Shown here one piece after another: positions 1 to 8,126 of a stretch of DNA of 32,000 bases. Under the pieces are notes generated by a model. It made no database searches, was not told the DNA's origin, and saw nothing but the letters and a program-made list of their open reading frames with translations. Both the position numbers and the translations under genes were made by a program. The DNA lies in the NCBI GenBank assembly GCA_017961345.1, contig JAGCXP010000065.1, positions 5,461-37,460 on the forward strand, in the 5' to 3' direction. Source of the stretch: Bacteroidales bacterium. GTDB taxonomy: Bacteria > Bacteroidota > Bacteroidia > Bacteroidales > UBA932. Numbering within the stretch: position 1 is the first letter of the stretch; every line of letters starts with the position of its first letter.

Positions 1-456
1 ATCCTGAAAAAAATCATTCTCTGGATCTGCATCATCGGCGTGCTGGCCGGTGCAGGCATTTTCTATTTCCACTTCTATTTCGTCTTCGGCGAAGGCACGA
101 AGGCCGGCGAGCTGAATTTCGTCGTCTATAAAGGCATCGTCTTCAAGACCTACGAAGGCCGTCTGATCCAGTCCGGTTTCAATTCAAAAGGCAACTCCGG
201 CACCCAGGGCGGCGGCATCCAGTCCAACGAATTCAATTTCTCCATCAAGGACAAGAACATCGCCGAGACGCTGATGCGCAAGAGCGGTTCCTTCGTCCGT
301 CTCCACTACAAGGAATACCGTGGCACCCTCCCCTGGCGCGGCCACAACCGTTTCGTCGTCGATAAGATCGAGGAACTCCGCGATCCAAACAATGACGAAT
401 CCGGCGACCGCAACACCCTACCGGTCGAAGCGGTCAACGCCACCATCGCACTCTAA
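1..456 (+). CDS. hypothetical membrane-anchored protein (5' partial, frame open from window edge)
   Basis: Frame 1 is open from nt 1 (ILKKIILWICIIGVLAGAGIFYF..., one hydrophobic helix) to the stop at 454-456. The soluble part has no motif I recognise. Convergent with the SDR gene. Confidence 0.5.
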   Translation: MLKKIILWICIIGVLAGAGIFYFHFYFVFGEGTKAGELNFVVYKGIVFKTYEGRLIQSGFNSKGNSGTQGGGIQSNEFNFSIKDKNIAETLMRKSGSFVRLHYKEYRGTLPWRGHNRFVVDKIEELRDPNNDESGDRNTLPVEAVNATIAL

Positions 457-482
457 AAAACACTCCCCACCGGGCTCGAATG

Positions 483-1313
483 TCAGCCGCGACGCGGGAG
501 TTTTCCCAGGAGGCGGGCGAAGCCGTCCCACAGACAGGTAGGAAGGACGGCATGGAGGAAGAGAAGGGAGAACGCGCCCAGACCGACGGCATAGCGGGCG
601 CACGGCCAGCGGCGGTTGACGGCGCAGGAAATGGCGCGGGCAACCACCTTCGGAGATGAGAGGAAGTTGCCGGAATACCCCTTGTTCAGCCAATACGCCT
701 CGTTGAGCGCATTCTTTTCATAGGCCGTTCCCCGCGAAGACTCCTCCAGAAGGCGCGCGGCAATGAATCCCCAGTTGGTCTTGATGCCCCCCGGCTCAAT
801 CATCACCACCTTCACCCCGAAGGGTTTCATTTCAATCCGGAGCGCATCGCTGAACGCCTCCACGGAATATTTGGATACGTGATACCAGCCACCGTAGAGC
901 AACACGCTGCGGCCGGCGACGGAAGAAACATTCACGATACGGCCGCCATGCTGCGCCCGTAGAATCGGCAGCACCTCCTTGGTCATCGCCGCCAGACCGA
1001 AAAGGTTAACTTCCATCTGGCGCCGCGCCTCCTCCAGCGGAACGTTCTCAATCGCTCCGAAATAGCCGAAGCCCGCATTGTTGATCAGCACATCGATCCG
1101 CCCCTCCTTTTCCATGACGGAGGCGACGAACGCGCGGATGGAGGCTTCATCGGTCACGTCCAGCGGCAGGGTGACCACCCCTTTTTCGGCCAGCGCCGCC
1201 ATCTTGTCCAGGCGGCGGGCCCCCGCATAGACTTTGTGTCCCTGCGAAGAGAGTTTCAAGGCCGCCTCGTAACCAATCCCGCTGCTCGCCCCGGTAAGAA
1301 GAATTACGGCCAT
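483..1313 (-). CDS. classical short-chain dehydrogenase/reductase (SDR), last gene of the glyco-operon
   Basis: 276 aa with the TGASSGIG cofactor motif, NNAG, and catalytic Y-x3-K (YHVSKYSVEAF). Its ATG (1311-1313) lies 1 nt after the rfbB stop codon (1315-1317). Confidence 0.85.
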   Translation of the reverse strand: MAVILLTGASSGIGYEAALKLSSQGHKVYAGARRLDKMAALAEKGVVTLPLDVTDEASIRAFVASVMEKEGRIDVLINNAGFGYFGAIENVPLEEARRQMEVNLFGLAAMTKEVLPILRAQHGGRIVNVSSVAGRSVLLYGGWYHVSKYSVEAFSDALRIEMKPFGVKVVMIEPGGIKTNWGFIAARLLEESSRGTAYEKNALNEAYWLNKGYSGNFLSSPKVVARAISCAVNRRWPCARYAVGLGAFSLLFLHAVLPTCLWDGFARLLGKLPRRG

Positions 1314-1314
1314 A

Positions 1315-2451
1315 TCAGCGGTCTTTATACATTTGTTCGTAATACTTGAGGTAGTCCCCGCTCGTCACGTTGTCCAGCCAGGCCTCGTTGTCCAGATACC
1401 AGCGCACCGTCTTCTCAATCCCCTCTTCGAACTGCAGGGAAGGCTCCCAGCCGAGTTCCTTCTGGAGTTTGGACGAATCGATGGCATAGCGCAGATCGTG
1501 GCCAGCACGGTCCGTCACATAGGTAATCAGGTCCATGTCGGCTCCTTCGGGACGTCCCAGCAGGCGGTCGACCGTCTTGATCAGCACCTTGATGATGTCG
1601 ATGTTCTTCCACTCGTTGAAACCGCCGATGTTGTAGGTCTGCGCGATTTTTCCTTCGTGGAAAATCACGTCGATGGCCCGCGCGTGGTCCACCACGTAGA
1701 GCCAGTCGCGCACGTTCTCACCCTTGCCATAGACCGGCAGGGGCTTGCGGTGGCGGATATTGTTGATAAAGAGCGGAATGAGCTTCTCTGGGAACTGATA
1801 GGGCCCGTAGTTATTCGAACAGTTCGTAACAATGGTGGGCAGGCCGTAGGTGTCGTGGAAAGCGCGCACGAAATGGTCCGAAGACGCCTTGGAAGCGCTG
1901 TAGGGACTGTGCGGCTGGTATTTCAAATCCTCCGTAAAGAACTTTTCCCCATAGGCGAGATGGTGCTCCCCGGAAGAGGCCTTGGTCGTGAACGGCGGCT
2001 CAATCCCTTCGGGATGGGTCATTTCCAGCGCTCCGTACACCTCGTCGGTTGAAATGTGGTAGAAGCGCTTGCCTTCGAACTTCTCCGGAAGGCTTTCCCA
2101 ATAGAGTTTGGCGGCCTGCAGGAGCGAGAGCGTACCCATCACGTTGGTCCTGGCGAAGGTAAAGGGATCCTTGATGCTGCGGTCCACGTGGCTTTCGGCT
2201 GCCAGGTGAATGACTCCGTCCACTTTCTCGCGCTGCATCAGCGCATAGATGGCATCGAAATCACAGATATCGATGCGCTCGAAGCGGTAATTGGGTTTGT
2301 CCTCGACATCCTTGAGGTTCGCGAGGTTCCCGGCGTAGGTCAGCTTGTCGACATTGATGATCTTGTAGTCGGGATATTCGTTGACGAAAAGGCGGACGAC
2401 ATGGCTTCCGATAAAGCCGGCGCCGCCGGTGATGATCAGGCTTCTTTTCAT
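1315..2451 (-). CDS. rfbB: dTDP-glucose 4,6-dehydratase
   Basis: 378 aa. N-terminal [11 protein letters not shown] Rossmann motif, extended-SDR YSASKASSD catalytic motif, and typical RmlB length and layout. ATGA start/stop overlap with rfbA (2448-2451). Confidence 0.93.
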   Translation of the reverse strand: MKRSLIITGGAGFIGSHVVRLFVNEYPDYKIINVDKLTYAGNLANLKDVEDKPNYRFERIDICDFDAIYALMQREKVDGVIHLAAESHVDRSIKDPFTFARTNVMGTLSLLQAAKLYWESLPEKFEGKRFYHISTDEVYGALEMTHPEGIEPPFTTKASSGEHHLAYGEKFFTEDLKYQPHSPYSASKASSDHFVRAFHDTYGLPTIVTNCSNNYGPYQFPEKLIPLFINNIRHRKPLPVYGKGENVRDWLYVVDHARAIDVIFHEGKIAQTYNIGGFNEWKNIDIIKVLIKTVDRLLGRPEGADMDLITYVTDRAGHDLRYAIDSSKLQKELGWEPSLQFEEGIEKTVRWYLDNEAWLDNVTSGDYLKYYEQMYKDR

Positions 2452-3323
2452 GCTTTGGCCAGGTTAAGAAGATATTGTCCGTAGGGATTCTTTTTCATGG
2501 GCTCGGCTACCTCAATCAGTTTTTTCGCGCTGATCCAGCCGTTCTTGAAGGCAATCTCCTCGAGGCAGGCCACCTTCAGGCCCTGGCGTTTTTCAATCAC
2601 TTCAATGTAGGTGGACGCCTCGGAAAGGGAATCGTGCGTCCCCGTGTCCAGCCAGGCAAATCCCCTGCCGAGCGTTTTCACCTTCAGGTCCTTGCGGGAA
2701 AGGTATTCCTGGTTGACCGTGGTGATTTCCAGTTCGCCGCGGGCAGAAGGCTTGATCTGTTTGGCAATGTCCACGACGCTGTTGGGGTAGAAATACAGGC
2801 CCACAACCGCATAGTTGGACTTCGGTTGCGCAGGCTTTTCTTCAATGCTCAGGCAGTTGCCCTGCTCATCGAACTCCGCCACGCCGTAGCGCTCGGGATC
2901 CTTCACCCAGTAGCCGAAGACGGTCGCCTTGTTTTCCTTTTCCGCATCCGAGACGGCCTCGTGCAGCATTTTCTTAAAGCCGGGGCCATAGAAGATATTG
3001 TCACCGAGCACCAGGCAGGCCGCATCGTCGCCGATGAACTTCTCGCCGATAATGAAGGCCTGGGCCAGTCCGTCGGGAGAAGGCTGCTCGGCATATTCGA
3101 AGCGTACGCCGAAGTCACTGCCGTCGCCCAGCAGACGCTTGAAACCGGGGAGGTCGTAAGGCGTGCTGATAATCAGGATTTCCCGGATGCCGGCGAGCAT
3201 CAGCACGGAAATGGGATAATAGACCATCGGTTTGTCGTAGATGGGTATCAACTGTTTGCTGACCCCTTTGGTAATCGGATAGAGGCGGGTTCCGCTGCCT
3301 CCGGCGAGAACGATTCCTTTCAT
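2448..3323 (-). CDS. rfbA: glucose-1-phosphate thymidylyltransferase
   Basis: Track ORF 2448..3497 trimmed to the internal ATG at 3323. From there the protein reads [25 protein letters not shown]..., the canonical RmlA N-terminus (GGxGTRL), giving 291 aa. The 58 upstream codons overlap the 3' end of the glycosyltransferase gene. Confidence 0.93.
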   Translation of the reverse strand: MKGIVLAGGSGTRLYPITKGVSKQLIPIYDKPMVYYPISVLMLAGIREILIISTPYDLPGFKRLLGDGSDFGVRFEYAEQPSPDGLAQAFIIGEKFIGDDAACLVLGDNIFYGPGFKKMLHEAVSDAEKENKATVFGYWVKDPERYGVAEFDEQGNCLSIEEKPAQPKSNYAVVGLYFYPNSVVDIAKQIKPSARGELEITTVNQEYLSRKDLKVKTLGRGFAWLDTGTHDSLSEASTYIEVIEKRQGLKVACLEEIAFKNGWISAKKLIEVAEPMKKNPYGQYLLNLAKA

Positions 3324-3342
3324 GGTATGGATACTTATTATT

Positions 3343-5808
3343 CTACAAAGGTACACATTTTGAGACAATATCGCATATTTCTTCTCCGTGCCGGGACCAG
3401 GAGAAATGCTCCCCGGCCCGCCGGGCCTTTTCGCCCATTTCCTTGCGACGCTTTTCATCGACGGCGAGGGCGAGCATCGCTTTCGTGAGGTCGGCAATCA
3501 CTTCTTCGCGGCTCCGCTCCCGCTCCGCGTCGAGGCGGGGTATCAGGATACTGTATTCGTCCGAGAAATAGCGGGTATAGCCCGTGGTGTCGAGGCAGAT
3601 CAGCGGTTTCCCGAGGGCGAGCGAGTCGAAGGACACCGTGACGGCGCCCTCCCGCAGGGACGCGTTGACGAGCACGTCACAGCCCGAGACAAAACGACGG
3701 TACACCTCCATCGGCACTTTCCCGGTAAAGGTCACGTAGTCCTTGGAGAGGCCCAGCGAACGGGCCAGGCGACGGAGCTTGCCCGCATCGGGTCCCCCGC
3801 CCATCAGCGTCAGGCGCATCGGCGGAAGGTCCTCCTCCATCAGCGCGCGGCGGAGCGAAGCCTCGAAACGGGCCTTGGCAAAGGCCTCCAGCACCAGGTC
3901 AAATCCCCGCCAGCCTTCCAGCCTTCCCACGGAGAGAAAATCCACGAAGTCCTTTTGGGCTGGTTCCGCAGGCTGCCACCCCGCTTCGGGGGTAAACGCG
4001 GCCTCGTTTTCCACGGCCACGTCGGTAAAGAGCACGGCCTTGCCGCGATACTTTGCGGGAATCTTTTCGCGGGAGATTTCCGTCTTGCACAAAATCAGGG
4101 AAGCCTCCCGGCAACGCCGGTGAAAGGCAGGGCTCAGGGGCGCCAGGGCAACGGTCAGTCGGCGCAGGCCTTCAAACAGGCGGGAGCGTAGGCTGTAGAA
4201 ACGGCTGTAGGAAGAAGGCACTGTCTCCATGCCCCCTACCGGTCCCCAAATGAAGGTCTTCGCCCGACGGCCGCTGCGGCTCACTTCCCAGAGCATATTG
4301 CCGTAAGTCAGGTGATGGAAGATGTCTATCCCCTCCTCCCGCAGGGTTTTCCGGATAATGGAATCGGAGAATCGCTGCCAAAGCGTATAATATAAATGAA
4401 TGCCGCGACGGCCCTTTTTCCACCAACGGGCCCAGCGGGGCAAGTCATACCAGAGGAAATGAAGATGGGGATTGCCGCCCGTTTCCGCCACCCATTTTTC
4501 TATGGCGGGCCGGTTGCTTCGTCGCGTCAGCACCCAGACTTCGAAGCGGCGGCTCAGTTCCAGCACCCAATGCCAGCCCACGCCCACCTCGCTGCCCAGG
4601 CCGGGCTCGCAGGCATAGGCGCTCACCAGCATTTTTGTCCGGCCGTTTTCAGCGGGGCCGGACGCGGCGGTCAACGCGTGGGCGGTGGAGGAAGGTTCAC
4701 CTAAACTAGGCTCATAGAGCCGTTCATAGCCGGCGACAATGTCTTTCCAGCAATAGTGTTCGAAGGCCAGTTTTTCCAGAGCGGCCGCATCGCTTTCGGG
4801 ATAAGGGAGAGCCAGCATTCCGGCCAGCTGCTCGGCGGTCCTAAAGTAGCGTGCTTTCCCGAAAGTCGTCTTCCGATTGTAGTTCACATCGAAGGCCAGA
4901 ACGGGCCGTCCGAAGAACATCGCTTCGACCAGGGAGGGGTTGGTTCCGCCCGCGCTGTGAGCGTGGACATAAAGGGCCGCGTTGGACCGCAGGACGGCGA
5001 GCTCGTCGAGGTCGTAAACGGCGCCTGCAAGGCGGATACCGGGGCGGTTTTCATACCGCTTTTTCAGCGTTCTCGCCCAGGGGCTGTGGTCCCAGTTGCC
5101 GACGAAAAGAAGGGGCATCTTTCCCGCCTTTTCAAAGGCCTCCAAAATCAGATGACAGTTGTTCTCCGGCTCGACACGACAGAGCGCAAAAGCATAACTG
5201 TTTTGTTTTACTCCGTATTTATCAAGTATTTGCAAAGACCTGTCCGAGGCCACTTCGCGGCGGACATGATCGCCTCCGTAGGCGATGGTAACCAAACGCG
5301 TACCCCAGCGCGAGAGCGGATAAGTCTCCCGAACATAGTCTGCAATCGCCGGATTGTCGGCCACGACAACGTCCGAAAAGCGCACCGCCAGGCGCTCGCT
5401 TACCCGCAGGACGAAGCGGGCCATCCGGCTCCACTTTTGGCGGCGGTGTTCGAGCCCGTCGATGTTCACGATCAGGCGGGTTTTCCGGGAAAGGAAGCAG
5501 CGAACGAGGGGGAAAAACAGACCGCCGGAAACGCCGAGAACCAGCAGGGCGTCATAGCCCCGCAACGCGCGAAAAAGTGACAGTCCGTCGTAGAGAATGC
5601 TCTGCGCTCCGTTGGCCCTGAGCGCCACATAGCGAAGGCGTGCGCCCCGGTAGGTATCACCTGGCTCACGGGCCAGGTCACGGGAGGAACAGAAGACGGT
5701 ATATTCCACCTCCTTCGAAGCATAAGCGAGCAGGTTTTCCGCCAGCGATTCGAAGCCGCCGTAGTGTGCCGGCACCCCTTGCGTTCCTATGATAGCCACC
5801 CGTTTCAC
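3343..5808 (-). CDS. fused double GT-B (GT4-like) glycosyltransferase, 821 aa
   Basis: The N-terminal half (about aa 1-365, nt 4633-5808) starts [26 protein letters not shown], the signature N-terminus of DUF1972-type group-1 glycosyltransferases. A Ser/Ala/Pro linker ([25 protein letters not shown]) follows. The second half begins at an internal Met (nt 4630-4632) with [22 protein letters not shown], which looks like a stand-alone GT4 N-terminus, and carries a C-terminal [19 protein letters not shown] donor-binding motif. GTG start in a GTGA overlap with the upstream gene stop (5805-5808). Confidence 0.8.
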   Translation of the reverse strand: MKRVAIIGTQGVPAHYGGFESLAENLLAYASKEVEYTVFCSSRDLAREPGDTYRGARLRYVALRANGAQSILYDGLSLFRALRGYDALLVLGVSGGLFFPLVRCFLSRKTRLIVNIDGLEHRRQKWSRMARFVLRVSERLAVRFSDVVVADNPAIADYVRETYPLSRWGTRLVTIAYGGDHVRREVASDRSLQILDKYGVKQNSYAFALCRVEPENNCHLILEAFEKAGKMPLLFVGNWDHSPWARTLKKRYENRPGIRLAGAVYDLDELAVLRSNAALYVHAHSAGGTNPSLVEAMFFGRPVLAFDVNYNRKTTFGKARYFRTAEQLAGMLALPYPESDAAALEKLAFEHYCWKDIVAGYERLYEPSLGEPSSTAHALTAASGPAENGRTKMLVSAYACEPGLGSEVGVGWHWVLELSRRFEVWVLTRRSNRPAIEKWVAETGGNPHLHFLWYDLPRWARWWKKGRRGIHLYYTLWQRFSDSIIRKTLREEGIDIFHHLTYGNMLWEVSRSGRRAKTFIWGPVGGMETVPSSYSRFYSLRSRLFEGLRRLTVALAPLSPAFHRRCREASLILCKTEISREKIPAKYRGKAVLFTDVAVENEAAFTPEAGWQPAEPAQKDFVDFLSVGRLEGWRGFDLVLEAFAKARFEASLRRALMEEDLPPMRLTLMGGGPDAGKLRRLARSLGLSKDYVTFTGKVPMEVYRRFVSGCDVLVNASLREGAVTVSFDSLALGKPLICLDTTGYTRYFSDEYSILIPRLDAERERSREEVIADLTKAMLALAVDEKRRKEMGEKARRAGEHFSWSRHGEEICDIVSKCVPL

Positions 5809-8126
5809 AGCATTTCCAACATTTGCATCCAGGCCTTCATTTCAGGCGAAGTCACACAGGAAACATCCCGGCGGAGATAGCGGGCGGCCATCCCCAGCAG
5901 GTACATCCGGTAGTGATCCACCTGTCCGGAAGGAAGGATGATTTCCCGGACGATCCGCTCCGGGCTCCAGCGACGCTCCAGCAGGGCCGTCTGCACCCGG
6001 AAATGGCAGGCGTCCAGCCCCACGGGATTGCAGAAGGAAGCATATTCCCAGTCGAAGACCTCGAGCCTTCCGCCGCTGACATAGAGATTCCAGGGCGTGA
6101 AATCATTGTGGGCGAGCGTACAGGCGAGCACGGTGCCACGATGCTGGGAAAGCAGTATTTCCGCCTGCCTTTTCAACGCCTCCGGCATCAAGTCCAGTGT
6201 CTGCCGCAAATCCTCGCAGAGGGAGGTCTGCTCGAAGGGGGCGTCGCCGCCCGTGAGTTGCTCCAGGCGACCCAGGTAATGGGCCATCAGAGGGCTCCAA
6301 CGATGCGGCGTTCCCGAGAACGGTGTTTTATGGCTGTCCTGCACGAAGGCGGTTCCCTCCCCTGTCGCTTCGAGGGCCACTACGCGGGGAATGCCCTCCA
6401 TCCCACGGGCGCGGAGATTATCCAGAATGGTTTTCTCGTGTTCGAACAGGGCAATGACGGCGGGATTGTCCGAGAGTTTGACATAGCCCTCGATCTTCCC
6501 GTTCCGGAAGATTTGCAGGGTCACTTTTTTATGAACGGAAGGGGTTCCTTCAAAGACGGCATATGAGTGCTCGCCACGGCCGAAACAGTGCTGGAAGAGC
6601 GTTTGAAGTTGCGGATAGGGCTCCGGCACCTCTTCCATTTTCAAGGCCTTACGGACAAGGGCACTGCCTCCCAGCAAGGGCAGGAAGCATTTGAGGGCCT
6701 TTCCTTTCAAACTGCCGGGCTGATACAGGCAGAGGGCGGTACGCATTTTCCTCGAAGGCAGCACCCACGCCTTTCCGTCGGCATTCTGAATGCGGAACCA
6801 ACGCAGTTTTTCGCCCAAAATACGCCGGCGGTTTTTGGTATGCTGCCCTGCATAGACGCTGCGAAGAATCGTCCGGACCGCCTCCTCGGGCGCCCCGTCA
6901 TTGGTCACTTTCAAATAGAGTCCCGGCCCGCCTCCCTGCTTTTCCATCAGGCGCTCCATCACCCCGGAAATCGCCTCCACCTCTTCGCGGGACAGTTCCT
7001 TCTTGCGGGAAAGAATGGTGTCCGTAGAAGCCGTCAGCAGAATATTGTAATCCAACGAGGGGACAAACAGACGGCCCCAGGCATAAAGGAAGTCGAAGGG
7101 AAGATAGATTCGGCTCCGGCGCGAGTCGCAGATGATATCGGTGTAGTAGCGGTCGAAAAAGACCAGGAAGGTGTAGCGAGTCCTGCTTTTAACCTTGATC
7201 CACCAGCCCAGGAGGTAATCGGTGGTGTAGTAGCAAAGGCGCAGGAACGAACTCAGCACGCCCGTTTTCCCGCCGCGGTGGGGATTGCTGTAGTTGTCGT
7301 CCACCGACTTCTTGAGGCCGGCGGAATGGGCCACGTCGCTGATGTTGCCAAAGAGCGTGGGCCGGAAATGGTAGAGCACGTGCGCCTTGGAAAAGACCTT
7401 CGAAAGCGCGGAGAGCACCCCTTCGATGACCGTGGTCTTCCCCACTCCGTCCGGGCCGGTGAACCCCAGGGTAAACCCTGTATCGGAACAGAAATAATTG
7501 CGCAGGCGGGCATACTCGAAACGAAGGAAACGGCCGGCGTTCTCCAGGGGCTCGCGCCGGAAAGCGGCCCAAAGCAACTGACGGGGAGCAGCCGCATCGC
7601 AAGCGGCCGTTCCGTCCTGGCCGAAGACCGTCCTCAGCGTATCCCGCACCATGGAGCTGTCCCCCACGGTAGCGCGCACCGAGGCGTATTTTTCGGGGTA
7701 GGCCGCCCCTACCGCCCTGTCATAGAGATATTTGTCGAGAAATTCGATTTCCGGGGATACCACGCGAAGAGGCACCTCCCCTTCCACTGTCCGGACCCCG
7801 GCGAGCAATTGCTCCGCGCTCAGCAGGCGGATGCCATAGACCGAGCAGTCGAAGAAAAAGTCCAGTTGCAGCAGGCCCTCTTCACACCCGATCACCCAGG
7901 TCACCAGCCGGTCGCTCCAAAGATAGGTCACGACCTTCCAGCCGGCGTTTTCCACCAGAGCGAAGAGTTCGTTTTTCAGCCCCTGATAATCGCTCCGCCG
8001 CAGGACAATGTCGATATCGCGGCTGTCGCAGCGCTCGGGAAGCCCCTCGGCATTGCGCAGCACCGCGTAGTCCGCCCGCTCGCCCAGGAAGGAAAAAAAG
8101 GATTTCAGGAAGGCGGAGGTACTCAT
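5805..8126 (-). CDS. three-domain protein: NTase-like N-terminal domain + P-loop thymidylate-kinase-like domain + choline/aminoglycoside-kinase-like (APH/ChoK fold) domain
   Basis: Start moved to the ATG at 8124-8126 (MSTSAFLKSFF...), which forms an ATGA overlap with the porin-like gene stop (8123-8125). N-terminal domain: YAVLRNAEGLPERCDSRDIDIVL, resembling a pol-beta NTase hG..(S)xDIDhhh motif. Middle domain: Walker A GFTGPDGVGKTT (nt ~7431-7463) plus FFDRYYTD, a TMK/dNK-like DRY motif. C-terminal domain: HNDFTPWNLY (catalytic HxDxxxxN, nt 6087-6110) followed by EVFDWEYA, matching the choline-kinase/APH pattern HNDLxPxN...IDWEY. Confidence 0.75.
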   Translation of the reverse strand: MSTSAFLKSFFSFLGERADYAVLRNAEGLPERCDSRDIDIVLRRSDYQGLKNELFALVENAGWKVVTYLWSDRLVTWVIGCEEGLLQLDFFFDCSVYGIRLLSAEQLLAGVRTVEGEVPLRVVSPEIEFLDKYLYDRAVGAAYPEKYASVRATVGDSSMVRDTLRTVFGQDGTAACDAAAPRQLLWAAFRREPLENAGRFLRFEYARLRNYFCSDTGFTLGFTGPDGVGKTTVIEGVLSALSKVFSKAHVLYHFRPTLFGNISDVAHSAGLKKSVDDNYSNPHRGGKTGVLSSFLRLCYYTTDYLLGWWIKVKSRTRYTFLVFFDRYYTDIICDSRRSRIYLPFDFLYAWGRLFVPSLDYNILLTASTDTILSRKKELSREEVEAISGVMERLMEKQGGGPGLYLKVTNDGAPEEAVRTILRSVYAGQHTKNRRRILGEKLRWFRIQNADGKAWVLPSRKMRTALCLYQPGSLKGKALKCFLPLLGGSALVRKALKMEEVPEPYPQLQTLFQHCFGRGEHSYAVFEGTPSVHKKVTLQIFRNGKIEGYVKLSDNPAVIALFEHEKTILDNLRARGMEGIPRVVALEATGEGTAFVQDSHKTPFSGTPHRWSPLMAHYLGRLEQLTGGDAPFEQTSLCEDLRQTLDLMPEALKRQAEILLSQHRGTVLACTLAHNDFTPWNLYVSGGRLEVFDWEYASFCNPVGLDACHFRVQTALLERRWSPERIVREIILPSGQVDHYRMYLLGMAARYLRRDVSCVTSPEMKAWMQMLEML

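Noticed and set aside
3324-3497. 58-codon N-terminal extension of the rfbA ORF
   Set aside because: The extension ([13 protein letters not shown]...) overlaps the 3' end of the GT gene and has no RmlA similarity. The canonical RmlA N-terminus begins at the ATG at 3323.
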